From Verrucomicrobiota bacterium (lineage in GTDB: Bacteria > Verrucomicrobiota > Verrucomicrobiia > Opitutales > Coraliomargaritaceae), in NCBI GenBank assembly GCA_039815375.1, contig JBCBZJ010000001.1, positions 160,001-224,000 of the forward strand: a DNA stretch of 64,000 nt. The letters run 5' to 3'. Position numbers and translations under genes: made by a program. The notes below the pieces were generated by a model. It made no database searches, was not told the DNA's origin, and saw nothing but the letters and a program-made list of their open reading frames with translations. Below are positions 9,819-18,185 of this stretch, piece by piece. Position 1 is the stretch's first letter. The number at the start of each line of letters is the position of its first letter.

Positions 9819-10628
9819 TTACTGTCCGGCAACTTCCGTCCAGTAAACTTCGATGTGGTTGTCACCGGTTTCGAAACCATCACCGTCAATGCAGTAGCTT
9901 GTGCGTTTGAATTCAGCACGCTCGAGAGGGTCTCCGCTCTCGTCTGCAACCTGCACGATGATACCGAATCGGGAGTGCACTTCATCAGGAAGAACGCCGG
10001 CTGTGTCACCGAAGTGAACCGGTGGTTCTGGAGTGAGGTCTCCAAGAAGCGTCCAGTCACGGCCAATGCCGAACCAAACATACTTTTCAGAAGTAGTCGG
10101 GACAGATGCACCGCCACCGCCATTCGGTAGGAAAATTGCATCTGCTTGATCATCCGTAAGTGTGATGACAGTTGAATCACCTGAGAGTGCACGTGATGTT
10201 GCGCCGATATTAAAGGTGACATTGAAGTCGGTCGCTGCGCTGTCATGGTCGACAACGGTAGTGATGCCGACCGCAGCAAGAGCGGCAACCTCATCAACTG
10301 ACAGGTCAGATACGGACAATTCTCCGGCCCCTTCCGTTGTGAAGGTAGCGTTCGCATCATTGACAGGAACGTCGCCACCAGTGTGGATGCCGGAGTCGAA
10401 GACGTCGCCGAATTCACCAAACTCAAGCTGCACACGTTGCATCATCTGGTGCACTTCCGGGAAAGTGGTCGCACAAGTCGAGACGTGGCTACGAGTCAAA
10501 GCGTCTTTGATAGTCGGAACAAGCAAGCTACCTGTAGCGATCAGAATAACGAGCACAACAAGGAGCTCGATGAGAGTTAGTCCTGCCTTCTTGGAAAGGC
10601 GGCGCATTTCTGTATATGTGTTTTTCAT
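9819..10628 (-). CDS. Type IV pilin-like protein, probable major subunit
   Basis: MKNTYTEMRRLSKKAG|LTLIELLVVL; first gene of the operon and followed by a hairpin. Confidence 0.88.
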   Translation of the reverse strand: MKNTYTEMRRLSKKAGLTLIELLVVLVILIATGSLLVPTIKDALTRSHVSTCATTFPEVHQMMQRVQLEFGEFGDVFDSGIHTGGDVPVNDANATFTTEGAGELSVSDLSVDEVAALAAVGITTVVDHDSAATDFNVTFNIGATSRALSGDSTVITLTDDQADAIFLPNGGGGASVPTTSEKYVWFGIGRDWTLLGDLTPEPPVHFGDTAGVLPDEVHSRFGIIVQVADESGDPLERAEFKRTSYCIDGDGFETGDNHIEVYWTEVAGQ

Positions 10629-10654
10629 GTGTCTATTTTATCTTTCGAATCTTA

Positions 10655-10677
10655 AATATGAGAATGAATCTCATATT
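10655..10677. promoter_or_regulatory. Palindromic operator, Fur-box-like
   Basis: AATATGAGA-ATGAA-TCTCATATT (9-5-9). The core TGAGAAT-G-AATCTCA resembles the 7-1-7 Fur consensus TGATAAT-N-ATTATCA. It lies 27-49 bp upstream of the pilin ATG. Confidence 0.6.
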
Positions 10678-11045
10678 CAGAATAGGACTTAATGCATCTA
10701 ACTTTCAACAGATAAATTACAGGTTTTTTTGAAAAAACTTTTTTGAAAGTTCACTTACGATTTCTATAAGCTGGGCTAATTCGAAAAAATTCTTCCATTA
10801 ACTTAATTTTAAATACGTTATAATTTTGGTATTGAAGGACTTCAGCTTTTTGAAGCACTTCGACATTTCCCTCTTGCTGCCGCCGAGTTGCTCTTGGGCA
10901 ATCTGCTTTGACAAGCTCAGTATAGGTCAGGATTTTTCCTTATATCTGGTTATTGGCACGTTAGAGTCGATACTCCCGCCCTAAACTCTATGCGAGCAGT
11001 GTTCATTGCGCACGTAATCCGGTCGCAGTTTCATGCTTTTATGCT

Positions 11046-13214
11046 TCAATTTGTAGAGCGTTTTAACGCATCGGAAGAGAGAGCATTGAGCTGGTTGATC
11101 AAATTCCGGTCTTCCGGGTGATGAATCAATCCCTCCTGGATGATTTGCTCGGCTCTTTCGTGATCGCTTGCATCGGTAGTAAGTTGAGCTCGCTCGAGAA
11201 ATATATCTGACTCGGCGTGCTGAATCGCCTCTGAATAGTTCGCAAGGAAACGTTCCGCTCTTCCAGGATCGTTGACTTTCTGCGAGAGCTTTGCAGCCAG
11301 AATTGCCGCCTTTCGATCATCCGGTGTGATTTCGAGTATTCGTGCATACACTTCGATCGCGTCCTCATAATATTCCAGATTGACGAGTGCCGAGCCGATT
11401 ACCCAATTGTTACGATAGACGTGCGGTTGGATGGAGTAATACTGAAGACTATGAAACAAAGCTTCCTTGTGTTCGCCCTGCATCGCTAAAATCTCAGCCA
11501 GTTTCACCCGCGCAAATAATAAAGTTGGATATCGGGAAAGGGCAGATCGAGCGACATTCTCAGCCTCCTGGATATCCCCATCGTTCAGCGCAGGGAAAAA
11601 GTTCTGATAGAAGATTCTGTCGGCTCGAATCTCGGCGATCACGCGTGAGCCGAATAAAAGGAAACCGAGCAAGACGAAGACTGTTGAGATAAGCGCAAGC
11701 AAACGTGCGGGCCGCCAACTTAGGTTAACGGAGATTTGGTAACGCTCTAGCCAACCGGCTCCAGAAAAAATGATTCCGAGACAAGAAAGGAAGACAAATT
11801 GGTGACCGGTAAAAAAGAGAGGTGCACTGAAGAGCGCAACGGTCGCCAAAACGAGTAGGGGTAAGAAAGCGGCCAAGGCAGGGGGAATCCCTCCTGTCGA
11901 GTTATTTTCTTTTTTGAACAGAAGTCGGCCTGTTGCAGCAAGTAGAATCACAAAGATCGCGGACATACCCAGGATGCCGGGAATCCCAAGCTCAATGCTT
12001 ATCTCAAGGTAGTCATTATGTAGGAAATAAAGTATCTTCTCCTTCATGTTGAGTCCTTCTTCATCAATGGCCCGGGACTATGGAGGCCACTCCGCTCTGA
12101 AATTACCCTCTCCTACGCCAAGAGGAAGCGCATCCAGAAACATGATCCATCCATTCCTGAGGAAGGAAATTCGTGTTCGAGCAGAGCCTCCGAAAATTTC
12201 CTGACCGGCCTCCTCGAAACTTCCTTCGCTTTCGACTGCGAATGTTTTGCCCAGTGTCTTGGAAATATTGTCCCACTGGAGTTCAAAGCCCCGCGGCGTC
12301 AGATTGATAAGAATCAGGAATGCCAGAATACTGACAGCTCCAACTGTGAGTTTGCCTCGGTGGCTGTTCAGTTTGAAAGCAGCAACGTGTTTCCTGATTA
12401 TAATAAAACCGACCAGAACAAGACTGGAGAGTATGGTTGCAATCCACACATTCCTCGAAAAAGAAGCATAGGCCCCAAGGGAGCTGATTACCGCAAAAAA
12501 CGCCCAGATGGTTGATGTTAACGACGTTCTACTGATCGAGAAGAAATAGAGAGCAAGCGAAACTCCAACCGCCGATATTTGGCCTGCGAAGTTTTTGTTG
12601 ACGAGGAAACCGGCGGGTGGGGCCACTTGGTTGGCAGGGGCTGCATCGAACCAATATTGAAACAAAACAACTGCCGCGTTCAAAATACAGCCAATCGCCA
12701 TCGCACCGATGAGAAATTGTGTTTCCCGTGGGGTCGGCCTCTGAAGGCATATCAAGAGAAAACCCAAAACTGGAAACGCCCATCTCGACCAGTCATACAG
12801 AACGAGATGCGGACTGTTTGCAAAAAAGACTGTTGCGAGGCTGTAGAGTGCTAATAGAAGAACCGGAACTGCGGTGAGTGGAATTTTTAAACTAATCTTC
12901 CTGTTGTCATTCTTAAAGGAAGTATAGGTCCTGATCAGGGCTGCGGTACAAGCAAAAGCGACGATTGAAGAGATAAAAAGTGCTTTGGGAAGTCGGCTGG
13001 CGCCACTCATCCCATCAAGGTAGATTATGGGCCAAATCGCCAAGCCCATTGCTAGTATATAAAAGGAGAGCCTCAAGTTGGAAAAAGGAGAGTTGATAAC
13101 GCGGAGTCGTACATTGAGTAGATCGGCTATCACGATTTTGGTGATCGAGCCGAGCCTAAACGTGTTAAGTGTAAAGACCCCGGGCTGATTCTCGAAACGG
13201 CACCAGCTCACCAA
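11046..13214 (-). pseudogene. O-antigen ligase/O-oligosaccharyltransferase (Wzy_C) with C-terminal TPRs, interrupted by one in-frame TAG at 12078-12080
   Basis: ORFs 12078-13214 and 11046-12047 are in the same frame: ...GVGEGNFRAEWPP*SRAIDEEGLNMKEKILYFLHNDYLEI...; multi-TM, NKNF, SR, GxGxGNF and HNDY motifs, TPR tail. Confidence 0.8.
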
Positions 13215-13417
13215 AACAGCTTCTCTAGCACTCTAGGTCGGGCAGCCTAAAAAACAAAGACAGCGACTATTCTTTGAGGAAACTTATCAAATCTTTTATG
13301 CAGTTCAGCGTTGTTCGAAGCGAGTCCTGTTCGCACAGGGAAGGAATCTTCGGTTATCTGCCTGTTACCGTCTCTGCCTGGATCATAGTAGCGCGATCCA
13401 TTTTGACCATCTTTCGA

Positions 13418-13924
13418 CTACAGCTCTGCTAAGCGCTCAAAAGCGACCGGGAAAACCTCCTGAGAGTTGCCGGGGCTGGTCAGAGCGGTGAGTGTCCCGT
13501 CTTTCACTTCGAAGGCTTGGAACTGTGGTGTCCCTCCGTCGATCTTGGTAAGCCATGGTTTCTTATCAATGACCTCGGGGCTGATGGCAGGCCAATCAAA
13601 GGCCGTCTCCCGGAGATAGTCAGCCCGCGCGCGCGGGCTCTGATCGACGCTGTAGGTAATGAACTCAAGGTTCTTGGACTTCTTGATAAGATCTTCGTAG
13701 GCGGATGACAGGGCAGCGCTGACCTGCTTGCAGGGCGCGCACCAGGATGCGGTGTAGTAAAAGATGACAACTCTGGTTTCTTCCTGAGGGCTGAGAGGAT
13801 TCAGCGTGAATCGATTTGCTTCGACCAATTCGGGCAGGGGGAGGGTGGTGCCCTTCTCAAACGCATCGGCACGGCTCGCCATAAGGGCGATCACGAGGAA
13901 GAGTGAAGAACGTGCAAAGTGCAT
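13418..13924 (-). CDS. Exported thioredoxin-like protein (TlpA/nucleoredoxin-like)
   Basis: Signal peptide, YYTASWCAPC, SVD motif. Confidence 0.85.
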   Translation of the reverse strand: MHFARSSLFLVIALMASRADAFEKGTTLPLPELVEANRFTLNPLSPQEETRVVIFYYTASWCAPCKQVSAALSSAYEDLIKKSKNLEFITYSVDQSPRARADYLRETAFDWPAISPEVIDKKPWLTKIDGGTPQFQAFEVKDGTLTALTSPGNSQEVFPVAFERLAEL

Positions 13925-13929
13925 GTATC

Positions 13930-16245
13930 CTAAAAGTCGATACGGCCACCGAGGGTGAAGCCGCGGGGGTAGCGCGGGCCGTAAACATAGTCGGAGTCAC
14001 GACCGGCACCGACTTCGAGGTCGTCCTGATACTCGTCGAAGATGTTGTTCACTCCGGCGCGCAACGTGAGCTCGATATCATTGCTGAGCTCGAATGATTT
14101 GCTGATGCCGAAATCGACAACAAAGAAATCAGGTGAGTCTTCGAGCGTCTCGGTGTTGGCGTTGGCAACTTCCATGGTGCCGGTCCATTTGAGTGCAAGG
14201 AAAGCATCGAAGAGAGCCTCATTGTCATAGACCAGCTGAAGCAGTCCGGACCAGTCCGGGACCTTATTGTATTTGTCGGAAAAGACTCCGTTGAAGATCT
14301 CCTGATCTTCGTCAAACCGCGTCTTGTTGTAGGCGAGTCCGGCATTGGCTGACCAGTTTTCATCAAAACGATAGCTGAGGTCCCACTCGACTCCGTAAAT
14401 GGTTGAGCCTTCCGTATTGATCCGTTCGACCTTGATCCGACCGTTCGGGCCTGGGCCGCCATTGGGCTCTTCGACACGAAAGGAATCGTCGAGGATTGTA
14501 TAGTAGACTTGAAGAGAGGTCACTAGTTTACCTTCAAGTGCAGCAGGCGTAAAATCGACGCCGAGCGCGAAAGTTTGCGAACGTTCTTCCGTCAGGCCGT
14601 CAGCGTTGACTGTGTCGACGGGGGTGCCGCCGAGGTTGTCGACGTGGACGTCCTCGGAGAAGACGCGAGGCGCAAGGAAACCGGTGGAGTAGTTGGCTCG
14701 AAGAGTCACTTCGTTGCTGGCCGTATAGCGGAGTGCGATCCGTGGCGAGAAGACCCAGTCGTCAAGGGTGTTAGCCTTGTCAAAGCGGAAGCCGGGCAGC
14801 AATTCTAAATTCCCGGTGATGAGCCATTCGTCCTGCGCATAGACGCCGAAGTTGTCAAACTTGTCGTCCTGTAACACACTGACGAAACTGCCGAAGGCAT
14901 TGCGGTTGATGTCTTCAAGGTCCTCTTCTTCATACTGGAATCCGAAAATGAAGTTGTGCGTTCCTGTTCCGCCGAGCTCACCTGCGCTGTATTCGAACTG
15001 AGCGTCGAAGTAGTAGGAGGTCGTTGCGAGGTCGCCGAACTGGTTGAAGGAACCGCCGCCGGTGCCGGTCCCATCGCCGAAGAGGGCGAAGGCGCGCTGC
15101 TCATCGTCGGTGCCGCCGTCGATCGGGGTTGCTCCGTTGTAGGTGCCGTTTGCCGGATTCTGTGTGGTTACGACAACCAAGTCTGGATCGATGGCTTCAT
15201 CACCCGTGCCGCCATAGAAGCTGTTGCGGTCGAGTTGGACGGTTGAAGCGGCAAGCTTGAAATTGAAATTATCGGTGAATTCCTGCTCCCAGTTCAGCGT
15301 TGCCCAGTGGTAATCGGTATCCAGGAACTCTGAGATCTGCGCGAACTGATTTGGGCGTCCGAGCTGGTCGCCCCCACGGCGCTCTTCGCCGATGTATTGA
15401 TAGTTGAAGCGGAAACGGGTTTTCTCAAACGGGGTCCACCAGAGGTAAGTGCCGATCACCTGATTCTCTCGTTCAACGAGTTCGGAGAAGCCATCGCCGT
15501 TGGCATCGTATTCATTCTGGTTGCCGACTAGACCGTAAATCGCGGCCTTGAAGGATTTGTCCTCATTCACGAAATAATTCACGAACTGGCTCTGATAGGC
15601 TGGCTCGCCATCGATACTGCGGTAGGTGAAATCGACATGACCATGACTTTCAAATGGCTCCTCGGGTATGAGGTTGATCACGCCGGCAACTGCACCTGGC
15701 CCGTAGAGCGCCGAGCCCCCACCTTTAACGATTTCAATCCTTTCCACGAAGATCGTAGGGATTTGGTCGATTCCATAGACCGACGCAACGCCGGTGAAGA
15801 GCGGGAGGCCATCGACCAGTATCTGGTTGTAGTTACCGGGAAGGCCGAGTAGCTGGATTTCGGCGGTGCCACAGTTTTGGCAGTTGGCCTCGGTGCGTGC
15901 GCCGTTGAGCAGTTCGAGGGCTTGCCCGAGTTCAGCGACAGCAGCCGATTCGAAAAGGTCACTACCAAGCACATCGGTCTTGATCGGCACATCGGTCAGA
16001 AGTCTTTCGGTGCGAGTGCCGGTGCTGACGACGGTGAATTCTTCTAGTTCATAGATATCTCGCTGTGCATGCGAGTGCTCTTGATCGTATTGATGCGTCT
16101 GCGCCTTGGTGGGCATTTCTGCTCGGGCTGCCCCGGCGAAAAAGCCGATTGCGGCCAGCATCACGGTGAAGCTGCCTTGCCTGCCATAATTTCCGTCAAT
16201 GTATTTCACCCATTGGACATGATTGAAGGAAAAGCTATATGTCAA
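13930..16245 (-). CDS. TonB-dependent receptor with plug CxxC, probable metal uptake (start may be GTG at 16209)
   Basis: TonB box-like EEFTVVSTGTR, plug NCQNCG...ILVDG...IEIVKGGGSALYG, C-terminal GVNNIFD...GRIDF, His-rich N-terminus THQYDQEHSH. Confidence 0.92.
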   Translation of the reverse strand: MTYSFSFNHVQWVKYIDGNYGRQGSFTVMLAAIGFFAGAARAEMPTKAQTHQYDQEHSHAQRDIYELEEFTVVSTGTRTERLLTDVPIKTDVLGSDLFESAAVAELGQALELLNGARTEANCQNCGTAEIQLLGLPGNYNQILVDGLPLFTGVASVYGIDQIPTIFVERIEIVKGGGSALYGPGAVAGVINLIPEEPFESHGHVDFTYRSIDGEPAYQSQFVNYFVNEDKSFKAAIYGLVGNQNEYDANGDGFSELVERENQVIGTYLWWTPFEKTRFRFNYQYIGEERRGGDQLGRPNQFAQISEFLDTDYHWATLNWEQEFTDNFNFKLAASTVQLDRNSFYGGTGDEAIDPDLVVVTTQNPANGTYNGATPIDGGTDDEQRAFALFGDGTGTGGGSFNQFGDLATTSYYFDAQFEYSAGELGGTGTHNFIFGFQYEEEDLEDINRNAFGSFVSVLQDDKFDNFGVYAQDEWLITGNLELLPGFRFDKANTLDDWVFSPRIALRYTASNEVTLRANYSTGFLAPRVFSEDVHVDNLGGTPVDTVNADGLTEERSQTFALGVDFTPAALEGKLVTSLQVYYTILDDSFRVEEPNGGPGPNGRIKVERINTEGSTIYGVEWDLSYRFDENWSANAGLAYNKTRFDEDQEIFNGVFSDKYNKVPDWSGLLQLVYDNEALFDAFLALKWTGTMEVANANTETLEDSPDFFVVDFGISKSFELSNDIELTLRAGVNNIFDEYQDDLEVGAGRDSDYVYGPRYPRGFTLGGRIDF

Positions 16246-16249
16246 ATTA

Positions 16250-16273
16250 CTTATTTTGAATAATCAAAATAAG
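16250..16273. promoter_or_regulatory. Perfect palindromic operator upstream of the TonB-dependent receptor
   Basis: CTTATTTTGA-ATAA-TCAAAATAAG (10-4-10), next to a minus-strand TTGACA at 16240-16245. Confidence 0.65.
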
Positions 16274-16528
16274 GAGCAAGGCAATATTGATGTATCATTA
16301 CATGCCTCCTACTCTTAGAGCTTGTCTAATACATGGATAAAAGCGTCGCTTTACTCCTCACATGTCGCGAAATCGAAGTCAGCGAAGCGGACGTAGTAAA
16401 ATGAAGATGGCGTAGCAAATCGACATCCAAATCCATGGCGAACTCGATTTCGTCCACCTTGCCTTGGGGAGTAACCATAATTGGATTTTACTGAACGTTC
16501 TCTTAGGGATGCTATTTCTAACCACCTT

Positions 16529-18139
16529 TTATTCGACGACCGACCTGTAGAAACGCTGGGTTTCCGAGGGGGTGATGCTCGTTGGGCTTTCTGGTTGCGG
16601 AACGAGGTTTTCAAACGAGTCGCTCACCAAGTCTGTGCTTTCCTGAAGCGTGCCGGTGAAATTGATTTGCAACTGATCGGCTCCAATCGCGTTTACTCCG
16701 ATCGAGGGTGGGGCGACCAGCTCGCGCAGGATACCGTCCTGCTTGTTCAGGACAAAGATCCGTCCGGGTGTGTTCACACTGAAGCGCAAATCCGTTCGTG
16801 TCGTGGTGTTGATGCTTCGTGAGGATCTGACTTCGTTGATCAAATCGATAAGTGGGACGACCTCGCCGTTAGGTCTATTGGGCTGTAGCTCCCGGATGCC
16901 GTCCTGTCCTCCGTTTAGCGGGTCATTGTCTACGTCGATAATGAAAAACAAACCGGTTGGGAAATCACCGAAGAGCAACTGACCGTTCATTCCCGGGATG
17001 TCGGTGCTGCGGGCCACTTCACCGACTGTGGCGGCGCGGTTGCCAATATTCGTGGGCAAGCTGTTGACCGGGTTGGTATGATCGTATTCGGCTACGGGAT
17101 CAGTTAGGCCGGATGTGCTGCTGGACTCAAAGGCGAAGCTGCCTTCTCGCAGGTCCCATCCGAAGTTGGCACCATTGGCTGCCTCGTTTATCTCCTCCAC
17201 GGCATTTTGTCCGATGTCGGCGATGTAGAACTCGCCCGTATCTATATCCCATCCGAATCGTTGGGGATTCCTCAGCCCGTAGCAGTAGATTTCAGCAAGC
17301 GTGGAGCTATTGCCGTCCGAAGCGAGGATGTTGGCCGATACGATGCCATACGCTCCGTTACTGCTGTTGGAGCCGGTCGGATTGATGCGAAGGATGGCAC
17401 CGTAGGGATTCGAATTGTCCTCGCCATTTTCCTGCGGGTCGCCGCCCGAGCCGCCGTCGCCGATGGCAATGTAGAGGTTGCCGTAGTCGGCATCGCTGGA
17501 GCTGACGGTTGGATTAAATGCAATCAGCCCGGCATTGTGGTTTCCGTAGGGCTGCTTGAAACGAATGAGTTCCCGGTAGGCGGGTTGCCCCGGGACAGGT
17601 GTGAAAGTTCCGGCAGTAGGGTCCTCCGTCCGCCATTCGAGCAGCAGTGTGTGGAAAACGGTGCTGCCACCCGGGTTAAAGTCCGGTGCCTGTGAGGTGT
17701 CGTCCGAGCTGTGGATCGTATAAAAGCGGCCGTAGCCATCGGTGCCGGAATTGAAGAAATCGGGGTGGAAGGCAAAGGCTTGGAAGCCTTGCTCGCCGGA
17801 GCTGGTGCGCAGATCCAGATCCGAATAGCTCCGCAGGTCCAGATACTCGGTCACTGTAGTTGTTAGATCAGGATTGAATTCAATTAGGTAAAGTGGGCCC
17901 CGCTGGTCATTGAGAAAGTAGCGGCCGCTCGGGTCGGTTGTCATCACGCTCATGCGTGGCGGACTATTTGTGCTGTAGTCCGGAATGACGGCGACATCCA
18001 AGAGATAGGTCTCCAGTTCACTGACAGGGATGCGATCCGCGAAATAGTTCTGTGACTGAAGCCCAGTGCCGGTGGCCAGTACAGCTGCAAAAAGCTTGAA
18101 TCCGGCAGTGGGGAAGGTTGCGGTCAGATTCAGGGGCAT
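16529..18139 (-). CDS. Secreted glucose/sorbosone dehydrogenase-family (PQQ-type beta-propeller) protein with a verrucomicrobial C-terminal domain
   Basis: GEQGF..FAFHPDF, NHNAG, LYIAIGDGG, YGLRNP, DIGQNAVEEIN, GANFGW; tail LQESTDL...RFYR. Confidence 0.88.
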   Translation of the reverse strand: MPLNLTATFPTAGFKLFAAVLATGTGLQSQNYFADRIPVSELETYLLDVAVIPDYSTNSPPRMSVMTTDPSGRYFLNDQRGPLYLIEFNPDLTTTVTEYLDLRSYSDLDLRTSSGEQGFQAFAFHPDFFNSGTDGYGRFYTIHSSDDTSQAPDFNPGGSTVFHTLLLEWRTEDPTAGTFTPVPGQPAYRELIRFKQPYGNHNAGLIAFNPTVSSSDADYGNLYIAIGDGGSGGDPQENGEDNSNPYGAILRINPTGSNSSNGAYGIVSANILASDGNSSTLAEIYCYGLRNPQRFGWDIDTGEFYIADIGQNAVEEINEAANGANFGWDLREGSFAFESSSTSGLTDPVAEYDHTNPVNSLPTNIGNRAATVGEVARSTDIPGMNGQLLFGDFPTGLFFIIDVDNDPLNGGQDGIRELQPNRPNGEVVPLIDLINEVRSSRSINTTTRTDLRFSVNTPGRIFVLNKQDGILRELVAPPSIGVNAIGADQLQINFTGTLQESTDLVSDSFENLVPQPESPTSITPSETQRFYRSVVE

Positions 18140-18185
18140 GAATATAGGCTAACGATTCCTTTTCGGAAATCAAATCGACGGTGCG

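Noticed and set aside
9797..10435. 212-aa alternate-frame ORF inside the first pilin
   Set aside because: Ser/Leu-rich off-frame shadow; the overlapping frame has the clear prepilin signal.
12078..12080. Pyrrolysine or genome-wide amber recoding
   Set aside because: TAG is a normal stop for several conserved genes here (polA, fabF, hisH, ccoN), and no pyl genes are visible.
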